From: a virus
DNA length: 64,000 nucleotides
Reading direction: 5' to 3' (one strand)
Virus record (IMG/VR): IMGVR_UViG_2029527005_000001
Span: 6,183 to 70,182 of that record
Shown: in pieces, positions 47,601-56,014 of the stretch
How the letters are laid out: each line of letters opens with the position of its first letter
Position numbering within the stretch: position 1 is the first letter of the stretch
Position numbers and translations under genes: made by a program
The notes under the pieces: generated by a model
Told to the model about the DNA's origin: nothing
Database searches by the model: none
The model's input: only the letters and a program-made list of their open reading frames with translations

Positions 47601-47713
47601 TGCCGCTAGAAGACGAGAACGCTGAAACTAAACCAGAAGATGACGCTGCAGTCAGTGCCGATGCAACAAAACTCTCTGATAGCAAGAAAGGTGAAAGCAA
47701 TCCGTTTGGTTAA
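44648..47713 (+). CDS. portal protein (phiKZ gp129-like)
   Basis: ~1020 aa; GSYA and FKYN..GVGQSL motifs, Asp/Glu/Pro-rich disordered C-terminus, synteny. Confidence 0.75.
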   Translation: MVQSRDMTRGNTRAQLSRLRDKVKSVNPLVAATLRNAVPKNGRSPEANELTAGNERNAIMPHKLERISNIIANNINAAHDLRAITPYIDRAELIWSSLLLYPNGKQKNILDYSTRASRYKNTPLHTALLKVWKDYFTNDYKIEDELREQIDDMLWNTGSYATLTLSRISLDYLINGMEVVERSGSEDLKAAHTYQQSQGNFTFDRTTKKLRVMNVGNYVRPADDKSDNVFNVAGLESVMGSMQNVKTSSQPEFDILKGTPLEGTGFDITLTDNPAVLATNLLAEKRKKFNEQFYAGNEDFASLIQKTLSNQDAPEDERDKTVTKPGDKSAKRPQQPKSKTTNMSMGTLNSLQNEIFPHRRAANQFMQFVKQDTDFGVQNYGTPIDWHVPSAAIIPIHINGNVRKKKDYVILFDPDTGEFLNPTTDFQYYQSSKKQSDSIGNKNQQGSSNSLIDNLKQIQQGKDCDFDMSEFAELSKGIIIESFMKSVISGRSGTISVDLDEETNKIFLARMFRGQGIRALYVPGECVTYAAFKYNALGVGQSLTQAAKMHIARLAAMDLADAMANMEAAQSSNKMRIVLNKDDPNPERTIAMAREVFFRANPRFYNVLATNQMSIPVLVDAFRELSLTLEVDAGENPYLPVPNITVEPQEKQHFRRVDTDSRNEVLNKIANYFMLPRSWLDVADENNNFQIEALNEHRLVYNQALNWQEQIADFVIERQRKYVRVNQPLLLSLIQTINAHKNLWKPDNKDIEIEGANEAEKIETILEDFLNNIECSLPAPAVMEQAAKLKEGLSTAGDLVNQWWEANGKVAMIEKATETLNISGEYSKEQVEGMVKAYLYQKAHKLLNIPSPFDDAVDDPSGGGMASIVESVATQNSSLYAFLGNMAIRDLEERTKSFGTLSKKIENALEKFQTKTGQSQEEETPPADPFATPTDNGETPPTDDAPPLDDNDTSDLNVDENADDQNLDNAPDDENKPDDENKDDVPLEDENAETKPEDDAAVSADATKLSDSKKGESNPFG

Positions 47714-47739
47714 TTGAAACAAAAAAATAGAAACAACCT

Positions 47740-47765
47740 TACTCCTACCCTCGCGGGTAGGAGTA
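47740..47765. terminator. bidirectional terminator
   Basis: TACTCCTACCC-TCGC-GGGTAGGAGTA between convergent genes. Confidence 0.8.
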
Positions 47766-47782
47766 GGAGTTATTTCTAAGAG

Positions 47783-50152
47783 TTACCCAAAGGCCGGGCT
47801 TAAGAAGGTACGCGTTGGTCTGACCGTGCGGATCGTCACAACGTTATCATCATAAACAGTCGGCGTTACCATGAAGATGTCATGGCTATATTTATACATC
47901 ACGAAGATGCTTTGTGTGTCCAGCACTTGACCTTGACCCTGTACGCGAGCGCGCAGAGTGTCGACCAAACTAAAGAACTCCGGGTTGTTGCTACGGCGCA
48001 GAGTAATTGGTTTGCCCTGGGTTGGTTTAGGACCCGGTTCATTCCAGATTACGATGCTGTGGTACTTACGGCTGCGATAGAGCGACATCATGTGCTCTTC
48101 ACGCTCAGTGACTGACATCTCTTCAGTAGGTGCGGTAGGCGTTTCAAAGATCTCAAGCTGAGACTTGATCAGCGAATCACGACCGGTCTGATTAAGGATG
48201 TCATACACTTCCTTGTCTTTCTCCAGAAGAACGGCTTTGAGCTCCTGGTAGTCCAACAAGATGTTGTCAACGTTTAACACTTCACCATCGTACTGGTTGA
48301 GCACATAGCCGCAGGCGTTAACCAGCCAGTCATTGATATCCAGCGTCAGGCGTTGACTGATGAAGTTATCAAAGCGATATTCATCAGGCGTATCATCGTT
48401 GTCAATCGGTGAGCGTGCCATCTGGCGCGCAATGCTGTCGATAATCCCGAAGTAGGAATTATCTTGGTTACTTTCGTTACCCTGGAACAGCATAGGGAAA
48501 CGAGCGATAACACCATCACGCTGTTGACGAGTAGCAAACAGACGACGACCGGTGATTTCGAATTCACCCAGCACAGCCACAGGTTTTTCGGTTTCTTCTG
48601 CCAGTGAACTTCCGGATACCAGCATGCGGTCAAGGATATCTTTGCTATTGCCAGTGCGCAGTTTATCGCCACTGTCAATCACGCGGAAATCAAAACCAGG
48701 TTCACGCAGTTTCTCGAAGACTTCAGCATCAGGACCTAACTTTCTACCTTCCTCATCGAAGAACGCCTTTGCTTCCGTTACAGGCAGTACTACTGTCTTG
48801 TTTTGGAAAGTGTCGACGTCCAGCAGAGGCAACAACTTATCAGGATCAGACAGAATCATTTGTTTTTCCGCTGGGTCAGTGAAACGAATAGTCCGCGTCC
48901 GCCATCCTGGGAACGAGTTCTCGTGATCGAAATCATATTCTACAAACCGCACACACCCTTTGGTGATGGTGTCTTCAGCACGAATACGACCGCGACGTTT
49001 CATTGCACGTTTAAGGAAGTTCCAATCTCCCTCTCTTACAGTGTACCAGTTCTCACAGGCAGTTGCGGTAAAGTAACTGCGCAGATCAAACAGATGACGG
49101 TTGTGGATATCGATATTCTCAATATCCGTACGGTAACGTTGACCGCTCGTTCCGTAGATGTTCAAGTCTTCGTAACTGTCCCGGTTTTGGCGAGGAGGTG
49201 GTGCCTGGTTGTAATCTCCTGGTCCCTGATTGTGTTTACGCATCAGGTCAAAAGAGATCCGCAGTAGATCACGCTCTTCCGCATTCATCCCGTCGTGGTA
49301 GTCCGGTACATAACGTCCCGTCATGTCGGTGATACCACTGTTCTTATCCGCTGGTAAACGTTGATCGATGCCAAGTCTGGCGATTTCCGGCATGATGTTG
49401 GTGATGTTACCTTCGCTCATGCGGTCGCCTGAAAAGTTAGCTGCATCGTACGGAGAAGTTTCTTCAAAGAACTGAAACACCCGTGATGCGACTTCTTTAC
49501 GACGAGCAAACTTATTTACCAGATCACTGATCTCCTGTGTAGGGTTATACAGGAAAGCAGCGGCTTTACTAGAGCCGTTCAGCCACGTTACGATTTCCAG
49601 GTTCAGAATGTTAACGGTGGCTGTTTTAACCGCGTTCAGTACTTCAGCGCGGGGCGGCTTGCCATCAGTACGCTTAATGATTTCGGCCATGATCCAGCCA
49701 AACCACACGGACGTACGAACAGCGATCGTATCCAGCAGATCAATACGGTCGGTCAGTACTTTGATGTACTCTTTCTTGACCTGGCTGCTTACGGTGTTGA
49801 TAGCGGGGTAGTTGTCTACGATGTCGCGGAATGTTGCGTACATAAGTCCGTGACGATAGATTTTTACCTCTTGAACAAACTGCACCACATACACCGAAGC
49901 GTGCTGGCGGAAGTAGGCGATTTGTTCTTCGCTATTCTCTGCTGACTGTTGTTTAAACTCCTGTAAAGTTTTATCTTCATAAATGTTATTATAGACAGGG
50001 TCGAAATTCGTGGGCTGCGACGACTGTCTGACCAACTGCTTTACCAGACCCAGGGCATCTTGCTGTGGGTTGGCGGCAGCGTTGGGTTGTCCCGGTCCCG
50101 GAGCTGCGGCAGTTGGTTGTACTGATCCAGTGTAACGAGGTGAGAGTGCCAT
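47783..50152 (-). CDS. conserved hypothetical jumbo-phage protein
   Basis: 789-aa ORF between the nvRNAP gene and the portal gene; Pro/Gln/Ala-rich N-terminus. Confidence 0.7.
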   Translation of the reverse strand: MALSPRYTGSVQPTAAAPGPGQPNAAANPQQDALGLVKQLVRQSSQPTNFDPVYNNIYEDKTLQEFKQQSAENSEEQIAYFRQHASVYVVQFVQEVKIYRHGLMYATFRDIVDNYPAINTVSSQVKKEYIKVLTDRIDLLDTIAVRTSVWFGWIMAEIIKRTDGKPPRAEVLNAVKTATVNILNLEIVTWLNGSSKAAAFLYNPTQEISDLVNKFARRKEVASRVFQFFEETSPYDAANFSGDRMSEGNITNIMPEIARLGIDQRLPADKNSGITDMTGRYVPDYHDGMNAEERDLLRISFDLMRKHNQGPGDYNQAPPPRQNRDSYEDLNIYGTSGQRYRTDIENIDIHNRHLFDLRSYFTATACENWYTVREGDWNFLKRAMKRRGRIRAEDTITKGCVRFVEYDFDHENSFPGWRTRTIRFTDPAEKQMILSDPDKLLPLLDVDTFQNKTVVLPVTEAKAFFDEEGRKLGPDAEVFEKLREPGFDFRVIDSGDKLRTGNSKDILDRMLVSGSSLAEETEKPVAVLGEFEITGRRLFATRQQRDGVIARFPMLFQGNESNQDNSYFGIIDSIARQMARSPIDNDDTPDEYRFDNFISQRLTLDINDWLVNACGYVLNQYDGEVLNVDNILLDYQELKAVLLEKDKEVYDILNQTGRDSLIKSQLEIFETPTAPTEEMSVTEREEHMMSLYRSRKYHSIVIWNEPGPKPTQGKPITLRRSNNPEFFSLVDTLRARVQGQGQVLDTQSIFVMYKYSHDIFMVTPTVYDDNVVTIRTVRPTRTFLSPAFG

Positions 50153-50154
50153 TT

Positions 50155-51836
50155 TTAATCCTGTTGAGTGTACGTACGCGACTCCCTAATTTTCAAACGC
50201 GTCTCCGTGGCCCCAGCCAACGGAATCCGCTCCGGACGAATACCAGTGAGGTTACCACTAATGGTATACACACAAGGGGCTAAGAAGCCTCTGGCATCGG
50301 GGTCTGGTTTGGTTACACGTTGGTAACTGAAAATAAAGGGCATGGTCGCGTTTGTGAGGTTAGCCGTGTCGTGCACGTCAAAGTCACCTGAAGCCTGCTT
50401 CCTTTTACCCGTGAACACTTTGTGCTGAGCCATTACGCCAAGCATGTATTCCGAGAACGGGTTGTCCGTTGGAGTCGGTTCCAAGATCATATTTGCCAAA
50501 CGTGCATTGTCGATAGAACGAAGCTTAATGCTACTGTTTGTGAGGAAGTTCTTGACTTTCTGATAACTGAGTTCAGAGTTGTTCTTGATGAAGTGCTTGA
50601 ACTGGTTTGCCAGCGTGCTCAAACCGTCGAAGGTAAACTCCATGCTTGCCAGCTCTTTGTTCAACGCGCTACCACGGTCAGTGGTCTGCACAATCTCACT
50701 GCGGTTCGCGATGATATAGTTGAAGAGCTCAAACATATCTTTAACGTAAACCGATTGGCTTGCAAACTTACGAATGGAATCTTCTTCCAGCAAATCATTC
50801 ATGGAATCAAAATGCTCGTCCATCAGACGCAGCACATAATCATTTGGGTCACCCGGCTTCACCGAGCAGCGCCCAATCAGTAATCGCCAGTAGTTCTTGT
50901 CATCAATGTCATCCATCTCAAAATAAGACGGCATGCACGAGATCACGAACAACAGTGCGGCGGCATACTGAACGCCCATGCTAGACAGCTCTTTACGCTT
51001 TTCGTTTTATTACGCAAGGCAATGCCCAAATCCAACGGAATAAAGTCACCGAGGAACTTGTTGTTGGAGCTGCCACTACGCGTAAATATCTCCCAGCGAT
51101 CTTTTGGAAGACAACGTTTTGTCAATACTTCTACCGGCCCAATTTCATACTCGCATTCGCCATAAAGACGCATGGCCTCACTGAATCCAAAGTTACCGAA
51201 GATATACCAGCTCAACAGAGGGAACGGGGTTTTCTTACTGGTAATGGCTCGGGACTCGCTGGGGCTATAAAAACGGTTGGCGGCTAAGTTCAAGTCAATG
51301 GTAGAACGTGGCAGATTGCTCAGCTCGGTATGTACCTTGTCGAAACGGAAGAATTCCGCACCGATCTTTGTCTTGAAACTCAACACCTTAAAGAAGATAG
51401 ACTTTTCTTTCGTTACACTCAGGCCACGTTCAGCCATAACCATCTGCAACGAGTACTGACTATCGCGGATCCACACATCGCCATAACGATCACAATACAG
51501 CAGCATCGTGACAATCGGCGGGAACGGTTTAACTTCACCGCTCTTGGGATCGCGCCAGGAGAAATTGACGGTGACAGGATAGTAGCTCTCTTTGTGCGTG
51601 TCGTAAACCTTAGGTTGACGGTTACGCAGGAATGTAATATATTCCTTTGGCTTCATTCGACTGATGCCATCAAAGATCACGCCTTTCTTTTCAACGTCTT
51701 TGAAGATTAATCGATAGATATAGTTAAGATAACGATATCCGCCCTCAAACTCTCGGAGATGGAACCCTTCAACAATTGACTTGTTGAACCTCGGCATTGT
51801 GGCATCAACTGCCTCTACCAGTTTCGGTTGCATCAA
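50155..51836 (-). CDS. non-virion RNA polymerase beta subunit, N-terminal part (phiKZ gp123-like), interrupted by a -1 frameshift near 51000
   Basis: MPRFNKSIVEG.H, Y.L..V.AERGLSV and C-terminal RVTKPDPDARGFLAPCVY. ORFs 50943-51836 and 50155-50979 overlap and join to ~560 aa with one extra base. Confidence 0.8.
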
Positions 51837-51849
51837 CCCTCCATTTGTG

Positions 51850-52860
51850 TCATGTCACTGTTTTGTAAATACTCAGCAACGCGCTACAAACAATCGAAGC
51901 ATTCTTAACGTATCCTCCCAACGTATCCATGCCTGCTTTCTTCTTCTCTAACTTCTCGAAGAACTTCTGTTCCAGATCCTTCTTGGTTACTTCAGCTTTA
52001 AGTACAGCAACTTCATTTGTAACGGTCGCTACTCGTTGGATTAACTCACCAATGCGTGTGCGTTGGGTAGACAGCATTGTCATTAGGTCACGGTTTTCTT
52101 TCTTGACGTTATCCAGACTCTTGCGAGTGCGGATTAGCTCGTCAGTGTTACCTCCCAATAGTGCATCTTGTTCACTCATGAATATACCATATTGCTGTAG
52201 TATTTTATTATCAATTTCGTCGAACGTGAAATAACACTGAATCCCGTCGACATCCTCGCCCTCACAAAACAAGTACAGACCTGGCGTTTGGTCTGACACC
52301 CTCACTGCATCCACCTTTACCGCACGACCAAAAACGTTTGTCCACAGATTGCTGAAACGGCGCTCTGGGTCAATTAACTTAATGGATGCGTTAACGCTAT
52401 TGCTGACGTTGGCTGTATCGGCAATATTGTCTAACGCTTCGCTGGGCGTGTTCAACGCATGTACTTCACGATCGAACTTGCCCAGGTAAAGAGTGAAACC
52501 CAACAACTCGCTGTGTACTGAATTCTTACGACCGAGTTCTTGATTCGTAATGTTTACTACAAAGAAAATGTTTTGGTTAGCTAACATTAGATCGTCGTGC
52601 GGATGACTTTTAATTAAGTCGTCGATACGAGCCTTTAAGCTGGTCATCACAGTACGATCGAAATTGGTCAGTGCTTCTTCAGGATTAACCCGTAGCTTGC
52701 GCACATCGACCCCATCAATACGAAACTCAATATAAACCCGCTCTCCCCTGTCATCCCAGTTGTCGTGGAGTTCATAACTAATTCCCCCCTTGTACCGGAT
52801 TTGAAGAGGAACGCGTTTAGGATTGAATATCTTGTAGTCTAAGTTAAAGCATCGGTTCAT
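51850..52860 (-). CDS. conserved hypothetical protein with C-terminal coiled coil
   Basis: 336-aa ORF between the capsid and nvRNAP genes. Confidence 0.7.
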   Translation of the reverse strand: MNRCFNLDYKIFNPKRVPLQIRYKGGISYELHDNWDDRGERVYIEFRIDGVDVRKLRVNPEEALTNFDRTVMTSLKARIDDLIKSHPHDDLMLANQNIFFVVNITNQELGRKNSVHSELLGFTLYLGKFDREVHALNTPSEALDNIADTANVSNSVNASIKLIDPERRFSNLWTNVFGRAVKVDAVRVSDQTPGLYLFCEGEDVDGIQCYFTFDEIDNKILQQYGIFMSEQDALLGGNTDELIRTRKSLDNVKKENRDLMTMLSTQRTRIGELIQRVATVTNEVAVLKAEVTKKDLEQKFFEKLEKKKAGMDTLGGYVKNASIVCSALLSIYKTVT

Positions 52861-52921
52861 TTTTCAGGGCCCTGTAATTTGGTTCTCTGATCCGTCGATC
52901 ATTTTGAGTGTATACGGTCTA

Positions 52922-52938
52922 ATAATGTAGGTCTGAAA
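52922..52938 (-). promoter_or_regulatory. promoter motif variant (TACATTAT)
   Basis: Minus strand TTTCAGACCTACATTAT upstream of the 51850-52860/nvRNAP operon. Confidence 0.55.
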
Positions 52939-52960
52939 AATAAATGGCAAACATAAATAA

Positions 52961-52993
52961 TACTACTCCCAACCCTTCCGGGTGGGAGTAGTA
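52961..52993 (-). terminator. capsid-gene terminator hairpin
   Basis: TACTACTCCC(A)ACCC-TTCC-GGGTGGGAGTAGTA. Confidence 0.75.
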
Positions 52994-53087
52994 GTTATTA
53001 ACTTAGTACAACAGTCGGGGGCGGCCTCCCATCATCCTAGGTAAGCCTGCTGATCAAGTTCACCGTAAAAGGTTGACGGGAGGATGA

Positions 53088-55340
53088 TCAGTTTCCCGAG
53101 GCAGGTACAGCCTGAGTCACAACCGGAGAAGTAGCGTCATTGACGATCTTCACTTCAGAAGGACCAGTTGCAGCGCCATTGCTGTTGGTGTTAACAGCAG
53201 TGCCCGGAGCAGAGCTAACTTTAACGCCGCCCAGTTTGAAGAACACGCCAGCGTCGCCCAGGAAGTCTGCAGCGTCTTCGATGACCAGAGAGCCAACGAT
53301 TACGTTCAGGTTCCAGTGCAGGTAGCACGGCATGGTCATCATCACGCCGAAGTCCTGGTTGCCACGAGTTACCTGGCCGTGCAGAACGACGTTCTCTTTA
53401 GCAACGTTAACACCGATGCCGCCGAGCGGGTTGATGCGATCTTCAGTCGAGTCGTTCTGAGGAACGATCAGGATCTTACCGATCATGCTGTCGAAGTTAG
53501 TCGCAACGATGTTGAAATCTTCAGACGCGGTGATACGCGCGTCGCCAGAACGCATCAGGAAGCGCTCGAGGTTCTGGTGAACGATCACAGACCATTTAGT
53601 CTTCGCGATACCGCTGTATTCGTTGATCGCGGCGATGCCGGATTTGAATGCCAGCGCGGCAGTGATGTCCTGGATTTCAGTCAGCAGCAGGGAGCAGACG
53701 TTATCGAACACGTCGATGTTTTCAGGAGAACTGATGTGATCCTGAATACGGAACGAACGGTGAACGGTAGACGCTTTAACGTACATACGACCCGGCAGAT
53801 CGTTACCGCCGTTTTCGTTGTCAACAACCGGCGCACCATCGATAGAGGTGAGGTAGTCCAGATGTTTGTACGCAGTTTCGAAGGCTTTCTTCGAGCAGTT
53901 AGTCTGGATGGTAACACCCATGTAGCTAACAGCGTCGTCCAGCGCTTCTTTGTTCACATCTTCCGGACGGACCGGGTATTTGACAGAGATCGGATCCTGA
54001 CGACGAGTGGTCAGTTCTTTGCTGGTGTCAAACACTTCCAGACGGTAACCGAAGTTGCCGTTAGAGGCGTTGGTCAGGTTCATGGACGGAGTCGCCGCAT
54101 TCACCAGGCCGCCTTTCAGCGCGTTCAGCAGGGCTTTCTGATCTTCAGTTGCGCTGCTGTGCGTGATACGCTTGTTGTTGTCGTTCAGATCGGTCAGGGA
54201 CTCAATGGTAACTTTACCAGTGGTCAGCTCCAGACGGTAGCTCTGACGGTTATAACGAGCGGTCATGCGCACGTTCAGGTTCGGCTCGAGGCCTTTGTCA
54301 TAGAACGCCTGGAACAGCGCCTTCACAGACTTACCGTCTTTGTCAACCAGCGCGGTAACCGGCAGGTGACGCAGCGTGATGTCGAGATCACGGTCGTTCG
54401 AGTTCTGGCCAACAGAGGTCGGAGACATGTTGATGTTGGTCATAGACTCGGTCGGCACGAATGCCTGGATGTCTTTACCGTTCAGTTTACCAGCGAAGCC
54501 CAGCTCCAGAATACGGATAGAAGCTGATTCGATATCGTCGGTATCGGTCCACGGACGCTGACCAGGTGCGGTGCACAGGCCCAGCAGGTTGTTAACTACG
54601 CCAGGAACGGCCAGCATCTGAGTCAGGTGATCCTGACGACCGTATGCGTCACCGGTAGGGTATTCCTGATCAACCGGCGCTTTGATGCTCGCGTCGATGA
54701 ACAGCTGTGCGTTTTCGTCGTCTGCATCAGCAGGCAGAACCGGCCACACGCGCAGTACGTCATCTTTGAAGATGTCGCCATTACGCAGGATGCCGAAGAT
54801 CGGAGTCAGTTCGGTCATGCTTTCCCATGCAGAAGCACCGGAAACATAAGAACCTACGCCGGCAGCACGCACGGTCAGTTTCACACCTTCATCTTCGTAA
54901 CGCACGGAGATGGTTTTGTACAGCTCTTCAGCAGCTTTGGTCTGCAGACGAGTTTGGGTGTTCAGAACGATGTTAACCGCTTTGGTTTCCATGCTCTGGC
55001 CCGGGAACTGTGCCAGGGTGAAAGATTCCAGACCCTGACGTTTCGCGATGTCGCTCAGCACGTCGGTGGTGAAGACAGACGCCGCGATTTCGTTGATGTT
55101 GTTACGACCGATCGCTGCTTTAGCTGCGTCGAAGCCGCCGTGGGACAGGTTATCAGTCATGCCCTTCTGGAAGGTATTGAAGCCTTCGCCACCGAAGATT
55201 GTGCCGAACTGTTGCTGTGCATCGTTGAATGACTCAACGCCGCTCAGGGCAGCGAACGACTGGTTCTTGGTCAGGTCCATCGCCTGCTTAATAAGGTTGC
55301 CGGTGTTGCGAACTCCAGCTTTGACGTCTTTAAAAGCCAT
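53088..55340 (-). CDS. major capsid protein precursor (phiKZ gp120/SPN3US gp75-like)
   Basis: 750 aa with strong codon bias; VRYEDEG and QDFG..MT.P.Y.H..LN.I.GSL motifs; x-x-E maturation-type sites (GVES, GLES) in the N-terminus; synteny with DnaB and nvRNAP. Confidence 0.88.
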   Translation of the reverse strand: MAFKDVKAGVRNTGNLIKQAMDLTKNQSFAALSGVESFNDAQQQFGTIFGGEGFNTFQKGMTDNLSHGGFDAAKAAIGRNNINEIAASVFTTDVLSDIAKRQGLESFTLAQFPGQSMETKAVNIVLNTQTRLQTKAAEELYKTISVRYEDEGVKLTVRAAGVGSYVSGASAWESMTELTPIFGILRNGDIFKDDVLRVWPVLPADADDENAQLFIDASIKAPVDQEYPTGDAYGRQDHLTQMLAVPGVVNNLLGLCTAPGQRPWTDTDDIESASIRILELGFAGKLNGKDIQAFVPTESMTNINMSPTSVGQNSNDRDLDITLRHLPVTALVDKDGKSVKALFQAFYDKGLEPNLNVRMTARYNRQSYRLELTTGKVTIESLTDLNDNNKRITHSSATEDQKALLNALKGGLVNAATPSMNLTNASNGNFGYRLEVFDTSKELTTRRQDPISVKYPVRPEDVNKEALDDAVSYMGVTIQTNCSKKAFETAYKHLDYLTSIDGAPVVDNENGGNDLPGRMYVKASTVHRSFRIQDHISSPENIDVFDNVCSLLLTEIQDITAALAFKSGIAAINEYSGIAKTKWSVIVHQNLERFLMRSGDARITASEDFNIVATNFDSMIGKILIVPQNDSTEDRINPLGGIGVNVAKENVVLHGQVTRGNQDFGVMMTMPCYLHWNLNVIVGSLVIEDAADFLGDAGVFFKLGGVKVSSAPGTAVNTNSNGAATGPSEVKIVNDATSPVVTQAVPASGN

Positions 55341-55438
55341 CGTATAAATCCTTCTGTTTCAGTTAAGACATGAAATAAACAAATATATTTGTTAACTCGC
55401 TTGCGCATAAAATATAACAGTGATAGCTATAGTCTACG

Positions 55439-55996
55439 TCAAGGCTCTTGTTCCAGTGCATAGAATGCGTTCGAGAGAGTGAACTCGTTGACACCCGCCT
55501 GGATTACTGCGTTAAAGTGCAGATCCTGATAACCAAAGTTCTCATAGAGTGTATCCATGATCGCCATTGCCAACTTGTCTGCTTTAAGCATCGTCCAGTT
55601 TGGGTAATCAGATTGCACACAACCTCTGTCCGCGATCATCAGAACAAGTCCGCTTTCAGCGCGACGATAGAAGTATGTGTTGTGGTGCTGCAATAATTCA
55701 ATAAAATACTGCTTAATGTCATCACGTGATGTGATAACCTCTTTCAAGAGCGCAGTCTGTGTTGCATTTGACGTCTCAATAGGATAGTCAACTTCCGGTT
55801 TACCCAGGCGTTTTAACACAAGGCCCTGGAGTAAAAAGAAACTACCCACCTCATCAAATGTTAATTTATTCAACTTCTTCCCCAGCTCATTAAGCTCGGA
55901 ATATTTTATACCATTTTTTTCGATAAGACTGACCATGTCTGAGGTCAAGACCCAGAAGTCGGTTTTCTCGTTCACATTCTTCAAAATAAATTTCAT
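55439..55996 (-). CDS. conserved hypothetical protein (phiKZ gp119-like position)
   Basis: Probable start MKFILK at 55996; head-to-head with DnaB. Confidence 0.6.
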   Translation of the reverse strand: MKFILKNVNEKTDFWVLTSDMVSLIEKNGIKYSELNELGKKLNKLTFDEVGSFFLLQGLVLKRLGKPEVDYPIETSNATQTALLKEVITSRDDIKQYFIELLQHHNTYFYRRAESGLVLMIADRGCVQSDYPNWTMLKADKLAMAIMDTLYENFGYQDLHFNAVIQAGVNEFTLSNAFYALEQEP

Positions 55997-56014
55997 GTTG
56001 TCACCGGAGTTAAT

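Noticed and set aside
47400-47713. Asp/Glu/Pro-rich imperfect repeats at the portal C-terminus
   Set aside because: A low-complexity acidic tail is expected for phiKZ-like portal precursors and is not novel.
50943-51011. Intron or intein as the explanation for the split nvRNAP gene
   Set aside because: The two frames overlap with no intervening sequence or homing endonuclease; a one-base indel explains it.
53316-54527. 403-aa plus-strand ORF antisense to the capsid gene (likewise 34621-35442, 41069-41698, 46307-46867 and others)
   Set aside because: Shadow ORFs arise from strong codon bias on the coding strand. They have no RBS, no recognisable motifs and lie wholly within real genes.
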